From a virus, in IMG/VR virus record IMGVR_UViG_3300009132_000005, positions 3,530 through 67,529 of that record: 64,000 nt of DNA. One strand, 5' to 3'. The notes beneath the pieces are model-generated. The model was not told the origin of the DNA and ran no database searches. It saw nothing but the letters and a program-made list of their open reading frames with translations. Below, in pieces: positions 20,001-28,942 of the stretch. Position 1 is the first letter of the stretch, and every line of letters begins with the position of its first letter. The translations under genes were made by a program, and so were the position numbers.

Positions 20001-23000
20001 TTATCTTCACAAAATACTATTAGATCTGTATTTCTAGCGTGTAACTTTTGTATACTACCGTAATGAGGATTAAGATCTTTTGTTATAGCTTCACCTTGTA
20101 TAAATTGATTTAATCTATTTACACCTGATGTTGAATTAAATATACCAGAGTATATTAAACCATTTTTTCTTCTTTCTTTTTTATATGGTTCATCTAAAAC
20201 AGCAGAAGCTTTAACACCTTTATCTATTCTAGGTGCGTTATAATCATCATTTATTCTATCAGACTCAACACCGTTACCAAAAGAGTAACAGTTTTTAAAA
20301 TCTAAAGCGTGTGTAGATCCGTGTTGTGCTATTGGTCTTGAAACACCTGTTTCAAAATATATATCTAAATCTACAGATTCTTTTGGCTCTGTTTCCCACA
20401 CAGCCGGGTTATCAGATGTTAATACTTCTACATCTGTTGTTATAACGTTTTGTAAAATTTGTATTTCATCTGCAAAATTAGAAGCACTACCTGATGAAGG
20501 ATATGTAAACGAGTCTTCATATGGTGTGCCATTTTTATAATGCTCAAAAGTTATATTATATTGTCTTCTTTTACTTGAAGCTAATCTTCTTCTGTTTCTT
20601 CTATATTTATATTCTATTTCACAAGCTGTAACTTTATATATTTCGCCTAAAGCATCAGTACTACTACCTTTAAATCTAAACAAAGTACCTGATGTACTTA
20701 TTGATTTTAAAAAATTATTTATAGTATTTGCTTTGTCAAAATCTTTACTACCAGACTTAGGCGATGCGGTATATAATATACGCATTGTATGAGATCCTAA
20801 TTTAGGATGCCCATTGTTAGCTTGTGTTATTTTTCTTCTTTTTGCCTCTGTATCAAACCAAGATGCTTCTTGTGTACCATCACCAGGTCCTGTGTTTTGT
20901 GCATTACCAAATATAGTTCTAGCATCCGATATACCATACTCTTCATCTTCATCTGGAAAAGATGCTATAATGTTTGTATCAAAATTACTATCTCTATTTA
21001 TTTTTACAAAAAACCTACCGTAAAACTCTGCTTTTCTTTCAAATTTCTCTTCAAAAAGTATTACGTCAAATTGAGTTCCAGAGCTTATAGTTGATACTAC
21101 CGTGTCACCAGTTTTTATAGGTTCAGCTAAAGTTATTTTATATATGTGTTTAAAACCTGTGCTACCAGTGCTATCTTCTTCACCTGTAGGACCACCACTT
21201 ACAACTTTATACTTGTCTGTTACAACACCACCTACAGATATTTGAATAACAGCATCAGAAGAAAAACCTTCACCAAAACTAGGATTTACTTGTGGATCTG
21301 GTCCTCTAAATTCAAAAGATATACTACCTACTTGAGGTATGTTAGATGATCTAGCTTTTACAGATCCATTACCTACAGCTCTTTGTTTTAATTTTAAAAA
21401 GTCAGGCGCATCATTAGATATATCTAATATTTTATATCTTGATTTAGTAGCTACAAACTCGTCAGAGTCATGTTTCTTTTTTAATATCAAATAAGTTTCT
21501 TCATCAACTTTGTTTCTTTCAGATGATGGAAAACTTAACCAAACATTACCATCTTCAGCTAGATAATATCTATCCATAGCTAAATTGTAATATTCGTTTG
21601 ATGTTTCTTTTATGTAGTATTTAAAATGTGTAGCCCAGTCTGGTGGCTGATTATTTAAAGTAACACTTATTGTATTTACTGTTTTTGCATAATCTTTACT
21701 AGTTTGTTTTGAAGCACTAGCACTAGTAAATACAGGTGATTGTCTATTATATTTATCTATATATACAACACCTGCTTGATATGTTCTTAATGATTTTAAT
21801 GATAACTCAGGTTCCTTTACTGTTGTTATACCAGACTGTGATATAGACATGCTAATATCAGGTAAGTTAAAATCAGGTATATCATAATTTTGTAAATAGT
21901 TACCATAAATAAGTCTGTTAGCTGTAACCTCTTGTGATAAAGCTTGTCTTGGTACGTTATCCCATGGCCTTAATATTTGATTAGGTTCTACAACTTTTGT
22001 AATTATTTCTGACTCTAACTTATACTCTGTTGGAAAAGTGCCATCAGAGGCATATTTAAGCGTGTCTACGACGTATATATTGTTGTTGTTTGACTCTTTA
22101 TATAATATATCAACTTTTTCTACATCAACAGGTCTTGATTCAGTTATATTTATTGTCAACTGTCTAAGGTTATTGATCATACCATCATTATAACCATCTG
22201 TAGATAAATATTCAAATGTGTCAGGTAAAAAAGCTAATTCACTAAAAGGAGAGAAAGTAGAATATTGTCCGTTATAATATTTCCATCTATAACCAAATCT
22301 TACAAACTTCTTTTCAAATAAAACACCTTCTTCACTCAATATAGCTTCCCATTGTAAAGGAACATAAGGTATTTCTACAGGAATACTTTGTATTGTACAT
22401 GTAAATACATTACTAGCGCTTATAGCGTTTATTAATAATTTTATTTCGTAAGTTTCTTGTTGACCAAGTTCTTCGTATACAGTTGTACAAGTTATTATAT
22501 CACCTACTAACCAATTAGGTAGAGGTGAAAATGTTAAAGATAAAGAAGTTCCAGCAGCTTTAGCAACACCTTCTGTATCTGTAAACGTTGTGTTAACAGC
22601 ATTACTTATACTAACACTGTTAGTACCAGTACCGTTACCACCTCTTGTAGAGCTACTCATTGTTAAAGTTGGAGCACTCATCGGCGCTAATTTAGCAACA
22701 GTTATATGTTCTTCTAAAAAAGCAGAAGCTGCAGATAATTCTGAGCTAGGTATTTTTTTACCTGTGTATTTTGTATGTGTTGTAAAATTATCAGCACAAC
22801 CAGATTTAAATACGTCTATTTCTATTTGTTTAGGTTCTTTTTCATTATCAGTCCACATTAATATATTTTCTAAAACATTTATACCAGTTATATATGTATT
22901 TGTTTTAAAATTTAATATATTGTTAGTATCAACTAATACAGGTGATATTATACCTTTTAAATCATCGTACTCAGCTATACAATCAGCTTCATCTGCTTTT

Positions 23001-23296
23001 ATAAACCAATATATTTTATCGTTTTCGTTATTTAATTTAGAACCAACACAAATAGCGTTTGTTAAACCAAAGCTAGTACCAGACCAATTACTGGTTATAC
23101 TTTGTGAGTTTGAATCATAAACTTTACCAATAACTTTAGTAGTACCTTTAATGTTTTGCACAGTGCCGACATCATCACCATCTGACGTTGACATTTCTAT
23201 ATTCAACGCGTCTCTGTATTCTCCATTAGGTACTAATCTCTCGTCCAGGTCTTTATTCATTTTACCTGATCGAAAATAATGTTTTATATCTGGCAT
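17081..23296 (-). CDS. Tail stabilization/nozzle protein (P22 gp10/crAss-like) with Ser/Thr-rich beta C-terminal extension
   Basis: GKMNKDLDERLVPNGEYRDALN N-terminus and NGVESDRI.DD.N, LIYSG, YGISQNPESF, RGAVLRLS.DG motifs. Confidence 0.75.
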   Translation of the reverse strand: MPDIKHYFRSGKMNKDLDERLVPNGEYRDALNIEMSTSDGDDVGTVQNIKGTTKVIGKVYDSNSQSITSNWSGTSFGLTNAICVGSKLNNENDKIYWFIKADEADCIAEYDDLKGIISPVLVDTNNILNFKTNTYITGINVLENILMWTDNEKEPKQIEIDVFKSGCADNFTTHTKYTGKKIPSSELSAASAFLEEHITVAKLAPMSAPTLTMSSSTRGGNGTGTNSVSISNAVNTTFTDTEGVAKAAGTSLSLTFSPLPNWLVGDIITCTTVYEELGQQETYEIKLLINAISASNVFTCTIQSIPVEIPYVPLQWEAILSEEGVLFEKKFVRFGYRWKYYNGQYSTFSPFSELAFLPDTFEYLSTDGYNDGMINNLRQLTINITESRPVDVEKVDILYKESNNNNIYVVDTLKYASDGTFPTEYKLESEIITKVVEPNQILRPWDNVPRQALSQEVTANRLIYGNYLQNYDIPDFNLPDISMSISQSGITTVKEPELSLKSLRTYQAGVVYIDKYNRQSPVFTSASASKQTSKDYAKTVNTISVTLNNQPPDWATHFKYYIKETSNEYYNLAMDRYYLAEDGNVWLSFPSSERNKVDEETYLILKKKHDSDEFVATKSRYKILDISNDAPDFLKLKQRAVGNGSVKARSSNIPQVGSISFEFRGPDPQVNPSFGEGFSSDAVIQISVGGVVTDKYKVVSGGPTGEEDSTGSTGFKHIYKITLAEPIKTGDTVVSTISSGTQFDVILFEEKFERKAEFYGRFFVKINRDSNFDTNIIASFPDEDEEYGISDARTIFGNAQNTGPGDGTQEASWFDTEAKRRKITQANNGHPKLGSHTMRILYTASPKSGSKDFDKANTINNFLKSISTSGTLFRFKGSSTDALGEIYKVTACEIEYKYRRNRRRLASSKRRQYNITFEHYKNGTPYEDSFTYPSSGSASNFADEIQILQNVITTDVEVLTSDNPAVWETEPKESVDLDIYFETGVSRPIAQHGSTHALDFKNCYSFGNGVESDRINDDYNAPRIDKGVKASAVLDEPYKKERRKNGLIYSGIFNSTSGVNRLNQFIQGEAITKDLNPHYGSIQKLHARNTDLIVFCEDKVLKVLANKDALFEASGNPQLTATNRVLGQTIPFIGEYGISQNPESFSSYAYRCYFVDKSRGAVLRLSRDGLSAISEHGMRDFFKDTLPNSTLILGSYDGSKGLYNLTLSDQTVSFDEKVRGFPSFKSFIPEAALSLNNKYYSIKNGELHVHTNDTRNNFYGVQYDSSVTFLINEMPETIKGFKTLNYGGSASRVYTNDYGNATSTNTKGWYTEYIQTDLQQGFVKEFKKKEGRYYNNIKGDATTLANLDSTEFNVQGVGQLTNISGDTSLADRTVNVALTGIANTTNPGATFDVTIGTEIHSTNSSITILITPNTGSTLTAGDLSVGTTGTYVDSVAFAQSGDNVIATINFTDGVNMPSSDLTISLAVTGDGVLKQYLLNDLNIKEQTDSNVTAVISYAGSGNATAQPTNSATGLPSNYTSTTLAATVTLTLDLGYNFTEQPDFKITRQDEDPESEYIITFQDKDTTNTNITIGSDSKTLEDVHVRVYSISYKYPASNTNDDEIIFNASSVLENAADTNKITGYRVVNGNVVPRFATDKEVKVFGAVGADFRFKNSTTSTASTSGSSTTLTLTAANNDIHNGMLVTGTGISGTVTVVSVNGTSVTLSSAQTISSTTITFTEWWNGTTFVGSETNLEIPSTGVYSVTIPFLETTVTRRYYIQIEAIGETTLLPITPSSAGDPVLQGNVYNSSNVVQNPFYINQFADVTVSLNASQTADFTITSSAATKTYTASAYPVEGSDFSKIALSLTATATNNISKTRDPEIDDFTGFVSTPTDEDHSIFTNNFELDFGLPVVTINNSASPKTVTITGDMFINKYGDGDLTSTLPLNDFLSVSGGSGGGSRLLSVTVTGDASGIIVGDHRFSYNDGNGNSGTNVKAIDVGTLSLTSLTSGTGVMYGNFHGNSLQQITLSISSASSSAIHQTQELTITKTSLVGVAPSQDLHYTWTAKTDEVISSTSDVSFTIDVDLDYVP

Positions 23297-23301
23297 ATTT
23301 A

Positions 23302-24438
23302 TTAGTGTTTAATCCATTTAGATTTACCTCTCATTATTTGAGTAAGCTCCTCTAATTTTAAATTTGATAATCTTAACTTAGCGTTTCTTATAGCTACAAA
23401 TTTTTCTCTTTTTAATAAAGGTATATATGTAGGTGCTACTGATGTGTGTGTGCTAGCTATAGCGTAAGCTATATATTTATACATTGCTTCTTCAGCAAAC
23501 TTATGTACTATCATTTCATCATCAGTTCCTAAACCATCACTTATATATTTAAGAATAACTATTTTACCGTTCATGCTACCACTAAAGTTTATATAACCTC
23601 TTTTTTCATCTATATAATAAACTCCATTAAATTGAGCATGTTCAGGTTCTATACCATATCTTCTACCTTCTAACGAATCAAAATCGTCATCACTCTTTTT
23701 GTACTCATTACCCTCACCTTCACCTTCATTAGAGCTTTGGTATCTAGTCCAAGCTTCTGAATCACTTATTTCTAATATACTACCATCTGATTGAAATAAA
23801 ATATCACCAGCACTATCTTGAGCGTAAGAAGTAGGGTTGCTAGTTTTTCTAGCAGGATATAATATTCTCTCTATACCATCTTCATCTATGTAACAAACCT
23901 TAACATAATTAACATAATCATGCGGTAAAGCCACTCTTAACGCTGGAGGTATTTCTATTTCCATAGATTTACTAGATTTAAAAGTGTCATAGCTTAACTC
24001 TTGTATTGCTCTTTGAGCATGGAAAGATATATCTGATCTTCTTGCTCTTGGTATAATTTTATCTTTACCAACATAACTAATCATAAAGTTATTTATTATA
24101 GTTTGTAATGATATAAATTGATAATTACCATATTGAGGATTTATTATTCTAACAAAAACAGTAGACCCTTGAGCTACAGGTGCGTTTAATGTAACTGTAT
24201 ATGTTGCTGCGTTATAAGTAAAATCAACACCTACACTAGTTGTTCCACTAACTACAGTGTCTACAGATATTTCACCAGCAGACTCTGGCATTGTTGCTAA
24301 ATTATTAAGCAACGTTTGATTTGCTGGAAATGTTAAAACATATTGACCAGCACTACCACCACCAGTTGCTTGAGCAGCAGAAGTTGTAAACTCTTGAGTT
24401 CCGTGATATTGTTCGTGTGTTCCTTCGAATAGTGGCAT
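23302..24438 (-). CDS. Tail tubular/ring structural protein
   Basis: FHAQRAIQELSYD, LPHDYVNYV, YISDG and AKLRLSN motifs. Position in the tail module. Confidence 0.6.
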   Translation of the reverse strand: MPLFEGTHEQYHGTQEFTTSAAQATGGGSAGQYVLTFPANQTLLNNLATMPESAGEISVDTVVSGTTSVGVDFTYNAATYTVTLNAPVAQGSTVFVRIINPQYGNYQFISLQTIINNFMISYVGKDKIIPRARRSDISFHAQRAIQELSYDTFKSSKSMEIEIPPALRVALPHDYVNYVKVCYIDEDGIERILYPARKTSNPTSYAQDSAGDILFQSDGSILEISDSEAWTRYQSSNEGEGEGNEYKKSDDDFDSLEGRRYGIEPEHAQFNGVYYIDEKRGYINFSGSMNGKIVILKYISDGLGTDDEMIVHKFAEEAMYKYIAYAIASTHTSVAPTYIPLLKREKFVAIRNAKLRLSNLKLEELTQIMRGKSKWIKH

Positions 24439-24440
24439 AA

Positions 24441-25220
24441 TTATTTATTTTCTTGTTGAATATTTTGCGCTTCTTCAGCAGCAGCAACTTGATAAACTTG
24501 TGGATCTTTGATTTCAATACCAGCAAGTTCTAGTATTTTTATTACTAATTCAGTTTCCTCTGATTGATGTAATTCAAAGTTTTGACTATTGTTAGCGTTA
24601 TATAGTGCTTCATCTAAAACAGTTGTGTAAGCCCATTGTACTGTAGCTGGTCTAGCTATATAATTACACACTACATTGCTTGTTATAGTTATAGGATAAA
24701 TTTGTATTGATCTTGATAAACCTATTTCATTGTCTGTTGTTGCTGCTTGAGCATTACCAGCAGCATCGTCTGGAACAACATTACTTGTTCTGACATAAAC
24801 AGGTCTAGTAGCACTTGGTGCTGTTAAAGGAGAGTTTTGAATATGGTGTATTTCGTTTTGGCTTATTTTTTCTACTTCTACATAACCACCTTTGTGTTTA
24901 TAGTATATTTCACCTAAACGATAATATAGCGGTAGAGTACCCATACCACCTTCGTTTGCATCACCAGACATAACAACCGCTTGTCTGTATCTTTCGAATA
25001 TATCTATTTTTTCTTGTAATATATCTACTTGATCTGCATACGTGTAATCGTTACCTGGTATTCTATTTAAAGCGTTTAAATCATAAAAGTATTGCTCAAA
25101 TATATCCATCTGAGCTTGATTAGCATATAGATTAAACTCTTGAGGTGTTATATAACCTCTTTGTTCTTTGTTAGCTATTGCTAAAACTCTTTGATAAACT
25201 GTATCTACACTAACTGCCAT
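24441..25220 (-). CDS. Head-tail adaptor/ring protein (P22 gp4-like)
   Basis: VDTVYQRVLAIANKEQRGYITPQEFNL.A.QAQ and FELH.SEE.ELV.KIL..AG. Confidence 0.6.
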   Translation of the reverse strand: MAVSVDTVYQRVLAIANKEQRGYITPQEFNLYANQAQMDIFEQYFYDLNALNRIPGNDYTYADQVDILQEKIDIFERYRQAVVMSGDANEGGMGTLPLYYRLGEIYYKHKGGYVEVEKISQNEIHHIQNSPLTAPSATRPVYVRTSNVVPDDAAGNAQAATTDNEIGLSRSIQIYPITITSNVVCNYIARPATVQWAYTTVLDEALYNANNSQNFELHQSEETELVIKILELAGIEIKDPQVYQVAAAEEAQNIQQENK

Positions 25221-25240
25221 ATTTTATTTTTTTATAGTAA

Positions 25241-25265
25241 GTAACCACCTCATAGAAGTGGTTAC
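25241..25265 (-). terminator. Hairpin, probable terminator or processing site
   Basis: GTAACCAC/GTGGTTAC stem just after the 25280-26035 stop. U-tract is weak. Confidence 0.45.
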
Positions 25266-25279
25266 CTCTATAATTGGTT

Positions 25280-26035
25280 TTATTTCATTTTTTTCTCAAT
25301 GGCTTTTAAAACCTCTATACCGTCATCTGTTTTAAACCAAGCAGCTAATGCTGAATATGGGTTTTCATCAAATGGTACAGACATTAACTTTCTACCATTG
25401 CCCCAAGTAAAACTTCTATTATCACTTGAGAGTTTAATAATGTTTGCTTCTACAGCTTTAATACCGATGTTTCTTAAATGAACATTATCATCAGCGGCTA
25501 GCTCTATAAAAGCTCCTGGATTATTTTTAGCATAAACTAAAGCATCTCTTTTTAATTCTTTAGTTGACATTTTGCTAACTTTATTTCCCTTTTCTACTCT
25601 TAATATAGCTTCTAAATCTTCTATTTCTAATTGTTTAGCTAAATTTAAAGCTTCTATTTGTAGTTCTATCTCATCAACTTCATTTTCAGCATAAACTTGA
25701 GGTGTATATTCATAATATAAAACATCTTTTTTAGGGTGATATAGTGATAACAGTTCTTGTAAAGCTCTGTTTTGCTTTGGTACTGATAATCTACCATCTT
25801 TAAAAAATATATGTCCTAAGGTTGAATAACCTTTTTGTTCATCTCTTATGCATGAACGTTGATTTGTAGCATATCTAAGTTCTCTATTGTAACCTAATTC
25901 TTCATCAAACCATAGTAATGGTTTTCTTCTTGTATGCTTTGATTGTATTGCTAAGACAGGTGGAGCGTTATCTCCTTTTACAATATATACTCTGTCTTTT
26001 ACCTCCCATTGAGGTTTTTTTGTTGTTTTTTCCAT
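25280..26035 (-). CDS. Conserved phage protein following the capsid gene
   Basis: RELRYATNQ.S..DEQ.G....HIFF.DG.L.VP. Function not recognised. Confidence 0.6.
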   Translation of the reverse strand: MEKTTKKPQWEVKDRVYIVKGDNAPPVLAIQSKHTRRKPLLWFDEELGYNRELRYATNQRSCIRDEQKGYSTLGHIFFKDGRLSVPKQNRALQELLSLYHPKKDVLYYEYTPQVYAENEVDEIELQIEALNLAKQLEIEDLEAILRVEKGNKVSKMSTKELKRDALVYAKNNPGAFIELAADDNVHLRNIGIKAVEANIIKLSSDNRSFTWGNGRKLMSVPFDENPYSALAAWFKTDDGIEVLKAIEKKMK

Positions 26036-26060
26036 GATATAATATAATTAAAAAAGTTAA

Positions 26061-26097
26061 AAATAAAGGCATTGGGTGCCGAAGCACCCGTACCTTT
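26061..26097 (-). terminator. Rho-independent terminator after the major capsid gene
   Basis: Minus strand GGGTGC-TTCG-GCACCC stem with UUCG loop, extended AAAGG/CCTTT pairing, then T-rich tail. Confidence 0.8.
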
Positions 26098-26108
26098 AAT
26101 AAATATTG

Positions 26109-27620
26109 TTATGCTTTCAATAATACGAAGTTATTCGCAGCTTGAACACATAAACATCTTTCTGATAAGAAGTTAACAACCATCTCATCAGCAGATGATG
26201 TATAGTTTCCACCAACAGATCCAGTGATCCATGATTTCATTTTTCTATCATCAGCTTCCGAAGCTCTATATCTTACGTGTAAGAAAGGTCTTTGGATGTT
26301 TTTACCTAATGACTCATCATATACTGTTGAAGTACCAGCTGGTACGATAACACCTTCGATGTCGCCAATAAGTCCTCTTGTTACTGAATCATTTAAGTAT
26401 TTCCAGTCAGATTTGTAGAAGTCATAAGAACCTCTTCTGAATCCAGAGAAGCCTAGGTTTAACGCCATATCTTCAGAGTTGTTGAATACTCCATAAGAAG
26501 TACCACCAACACCGTAGTTATTTTGTGAAGCTAACATGTTGTCAATTTCTAGAGCAGTAGATCTGTCTAAGAACATCATGTTTTCTTCAATAGCACCTTG
26601 CTTGTCTAATTCTTGAAGAATAGTATCAAACTCATTCATACCAACGTGTGCACCAGCAGCAACTTGATCTGTAACACCAGAAGTGTCAACAACATCAAAG
26701 TCAGTACCAGTCCAAACTAATCCTCTTGCTTCTAGAGCAGAGAATAAACCTTGAGTACCACCAACTGCGAAAGCAGAAGTACCACCAAAGGTGTGACCTG
26801 CAGGCATACTTACTTGCTCACCTTCAATCATAGCCATTTCTAAGTAATCTTGGAATCTTAGTCTAGCTTCGTGCTCTGATTTTAAATACCATAGGTAACC
26901 AGAAGCACCATTCTCAGAAGTAACTTCAACCCAACCAATCTGTGCAGTGTCAGAACCATTAACTTGGTATCTGTCTCTTAAGATAGCTGGTTTGTTGCTA
27001 AATCTTGTGAAAGAAGCGTCGATAGATCTTGAATCCTCAGAAGATCCTTTTACATATTCAGTACCATAAACGAAGATGTTAACGTCATCGCCATCAGCGA
27101 AGTTAACAGCACCGTTAGTAGATCCTGAATCAGGAGCTTGATCTAAGTGTGCTTGTGAATAAGGAGCAACTGTAATAGTAGCTGATCCACCACCTGATAC
27201 AACGATACATTTTAATACTTTTGCATTGTCAGTTGACGCTACAATAATAGTATCATGATTTTGTATTAAGTTGTTAGCAGGTAAAGTAATTGTGTTGGCA
27301 GAAGCGTCAGCGATTTGTACGTTATTAGCACCATCGTTATAAGCTTCAGCAGAATACGCGATGTGTAATCTTCCTTGCTCAGACCAAATAACTTGATCAG
27401 AAGCTAAAGGCATTTCTGCTCCAACCATATTTAAGAAGCCAGAGATAGTTCTTTTACCATATCTCTCTACTTCTTTTTCATAAATTTCTGGCAAGAATTG
27501 CTGTGCAAATGTTCCACCGCCAGAAGCGCTGTCGAACGACAAGTAGTTATCATTAAATAACTGCTGCGTCGGTCTTGGGGTTAGGTGATTTTGATAAGCA
27601 CCTACACTTGAAAAAGGCAT
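26109..27620 (-). CDS. Major capsid protein
   Basis: QQFLPEIYEKEVERYG, WSEQGRLH, MALNLGFSGFRRG.YDFYK, LSERCL..Q.ANNF. High-expression codon bias, follows the scaffold and is followed by a strong terminator. Confidence 0.8.
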   Translation of the reverse strand: MPFSSVGAYQNHLTPRPTQQLFNDNYLSFDSASGGGTFAQQFLPEIYEKEVERYGKRTISGFLNMVGAEMPLASDQVIWSEQGRLHIAYSAEAYNDGANNVQIADASANTITLPANNLIQNHDTIIVASTDNAKVLKCIVVSGGGSATITVAPYSQAHLDQAPDSGSTNGAVNFADGDDVNIFVYGTEYVKGSSEDSRSIDASFTRFSNKPAILRDRYQVNGSDTAQIGWVEVTSENGASGYLWYLKSEHEARLRFQDYLEMAMIEGEQVSMPAGHTFGGTSAFAVGGTQGLFSALEARGLVWTGTDFDVVDTSGVTDQVAAGAHVGMNEFDTILQELDKQGAIEENMMFLDRSTALEIDNMLASQNNYGVGGTSYGVFNNSEDMALNLGFSGFRRGSYDFYKSDWKYLNDSVTRGLIGDIEGVIVPAGTSTVYDESLGKNIQRPFLHVRYRASEADDRKMKSWITGSVGGNYTSSADEMVVNFLSERCLCVQAANNFVLLKA

Positions 27621-27646
27621 AATTTTTAAATTTTAATTGTTAAACG

Positions 27647-28915
27647 TTATTTTTTGTTAAATCTAACTTTGAACGCGTTGGAGTCATTTCCAGTAATAGC
27701 TCTAACCTTCATACCACCAGACTCAACAGTTTTATGTGTTTGTCTAGGGTCCATGCTCACGTTTTTAGCCTTAGCAACACTATCCTTGATAGCATCTGCT
27801 CGGCCCTGCTCATAGAAGTGGTTAGCGACCAAATCAGGATTCATTGCAGTAAATAAAGATTTATGATAACCAGCGGCATCACTCATTTCGTTTTTATCGT
27901 TTAAAAACTTTTTAACAAAATTAGTAATATCACTTTGAGTATCTTTAACCTTAGCAGCATCTTTAACATTAAACCTATAACGCTTATCACCTACGTTATA
28001 TTCAAAACCTTTGAATTTTTGGTTAAAAACATTATTTGTTTGTTGTTTAAAAATAGATGCTTGATGATCTGCAGCTTTTTGACTCTCATCTTGCTCTTTG
28101 TTATATCTATTAAAGAAATCAACAGCTTTTTGTTGTTCAGGTGTTAACTTAACACCAGCTTTAATTTCTGCATAGTATTTAGACTTTAAGCCGTCTAAGT
28201 GGCTTTTGGCATTTGCAACTTGCTCTTTTAACGCCAATTTTTTTCTACGGACATCTCTTTCTTCGTCGTTTTCTTCATCAAACGAAAACTGATCGTCCAT
28301 TAAAAAACTAATTTCATCATCCGTAAGATGTGGTTTAGTTTGTTTATAGTATTCTTTTAATAGTTGGTTTTCATCGTAACTTTCATAGTCTTGATTTAAC
28401 CTAACATACTCTTCTAGACTTCCACCAGTTTCATTCATAAAGTCTACAACTTTTTGAATATTCTCTGGTAATTGTTGCCCAGTTTCCTGAGATTCACCTA
28501 TTGCTTGTTCAATCTCGTCTTTTAATTCCTCTGTTTTAGTTTCAACTATTTCTTCTTTTTCTTCATCAGTTATTTCTTCAAGAACAGGAGTTTCTTCTTC
28601 TTTTACTTCCTCCTTAACTTCTTCTTTAACTTCTTCTTTAACCTCTTCTACAACTGATTCTTCAGTTTCTTTAGGTTCTTCTTCTTTTTTTACAGTTAAA
28701 TCTACTTTAGGTATTTCTTCTTTTTGAACCTCTTCAACCGGTTTAGATAAATCTACCTTTACTGGTTCGTTAGGTTTGTTAGCAAATCTTTTTGCTTTTG
28801 GCTTTATTTTCATATCGCCACCTTCAGCTAACTCAGGCTCTTTATCTTTAGGAGCATTGTCAACTGGTTTTACTGACTCAACCTCTTGAATCACTTCTTC
28901 TTTTTTTTCTGACAT
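27647..28915 (-). CDS. Capsid scaffolding protein
   Basis: Acidic disordered N-half with EEVK repeats, helical C-half with HFYEQG. Lies between portal and capsid genes. Confidence 0.7.
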   Translation of the reverse strand: MSEKKEEVIQEVESVKPVDNAPKDKEPELAEGGDMKIKPKAKRFANKPNEPVKVDLSKPVEEVQKEEIPKVDLTVKKEEEPKETEESVVEEVKEEVKEEVKEEVKEEETPVLEEITDEEKEEIVETKTEELKDEIEQAIGESQETGQQLPENIQKVVDFMNETGGSLEEYVRLNQDYESYDENQLLKEYYKQTKPHLTDDEISFLMDDQFSFDEENDEERDVRRKKLALKEQVANAKSHLDGLKSKYYAEIKAGVKLTPEQQKAVDFFNRYNKEQDESQKAADHQASIFKQQTNNVFNQKFKGFEYNVGDKRYRFNVKDAAKVKDTQSDITNFVKKFLNDKNEMSDAAGYHKSLFTAMNPDLVANHFYEQGRADAIKDSVAKAKNVSMDPRQTHKTVESGGMKVRAITGNDSNAFKVRFNKK

Positions 28916-28942
28916 AATATAATATTATAAAATTAAACAAAT

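Noticed and set aside
7424-23120. Plus-strand ORFs antisense to the giant virion and tail genes
   Set aside because: Ser/Leu/Phe-rich antisense shadows with no motifs.
28595-28650. 12-bp tandem repeat
   Set aside because: Encodes EEVK repeats in the disordered scaffold region; ordinary.
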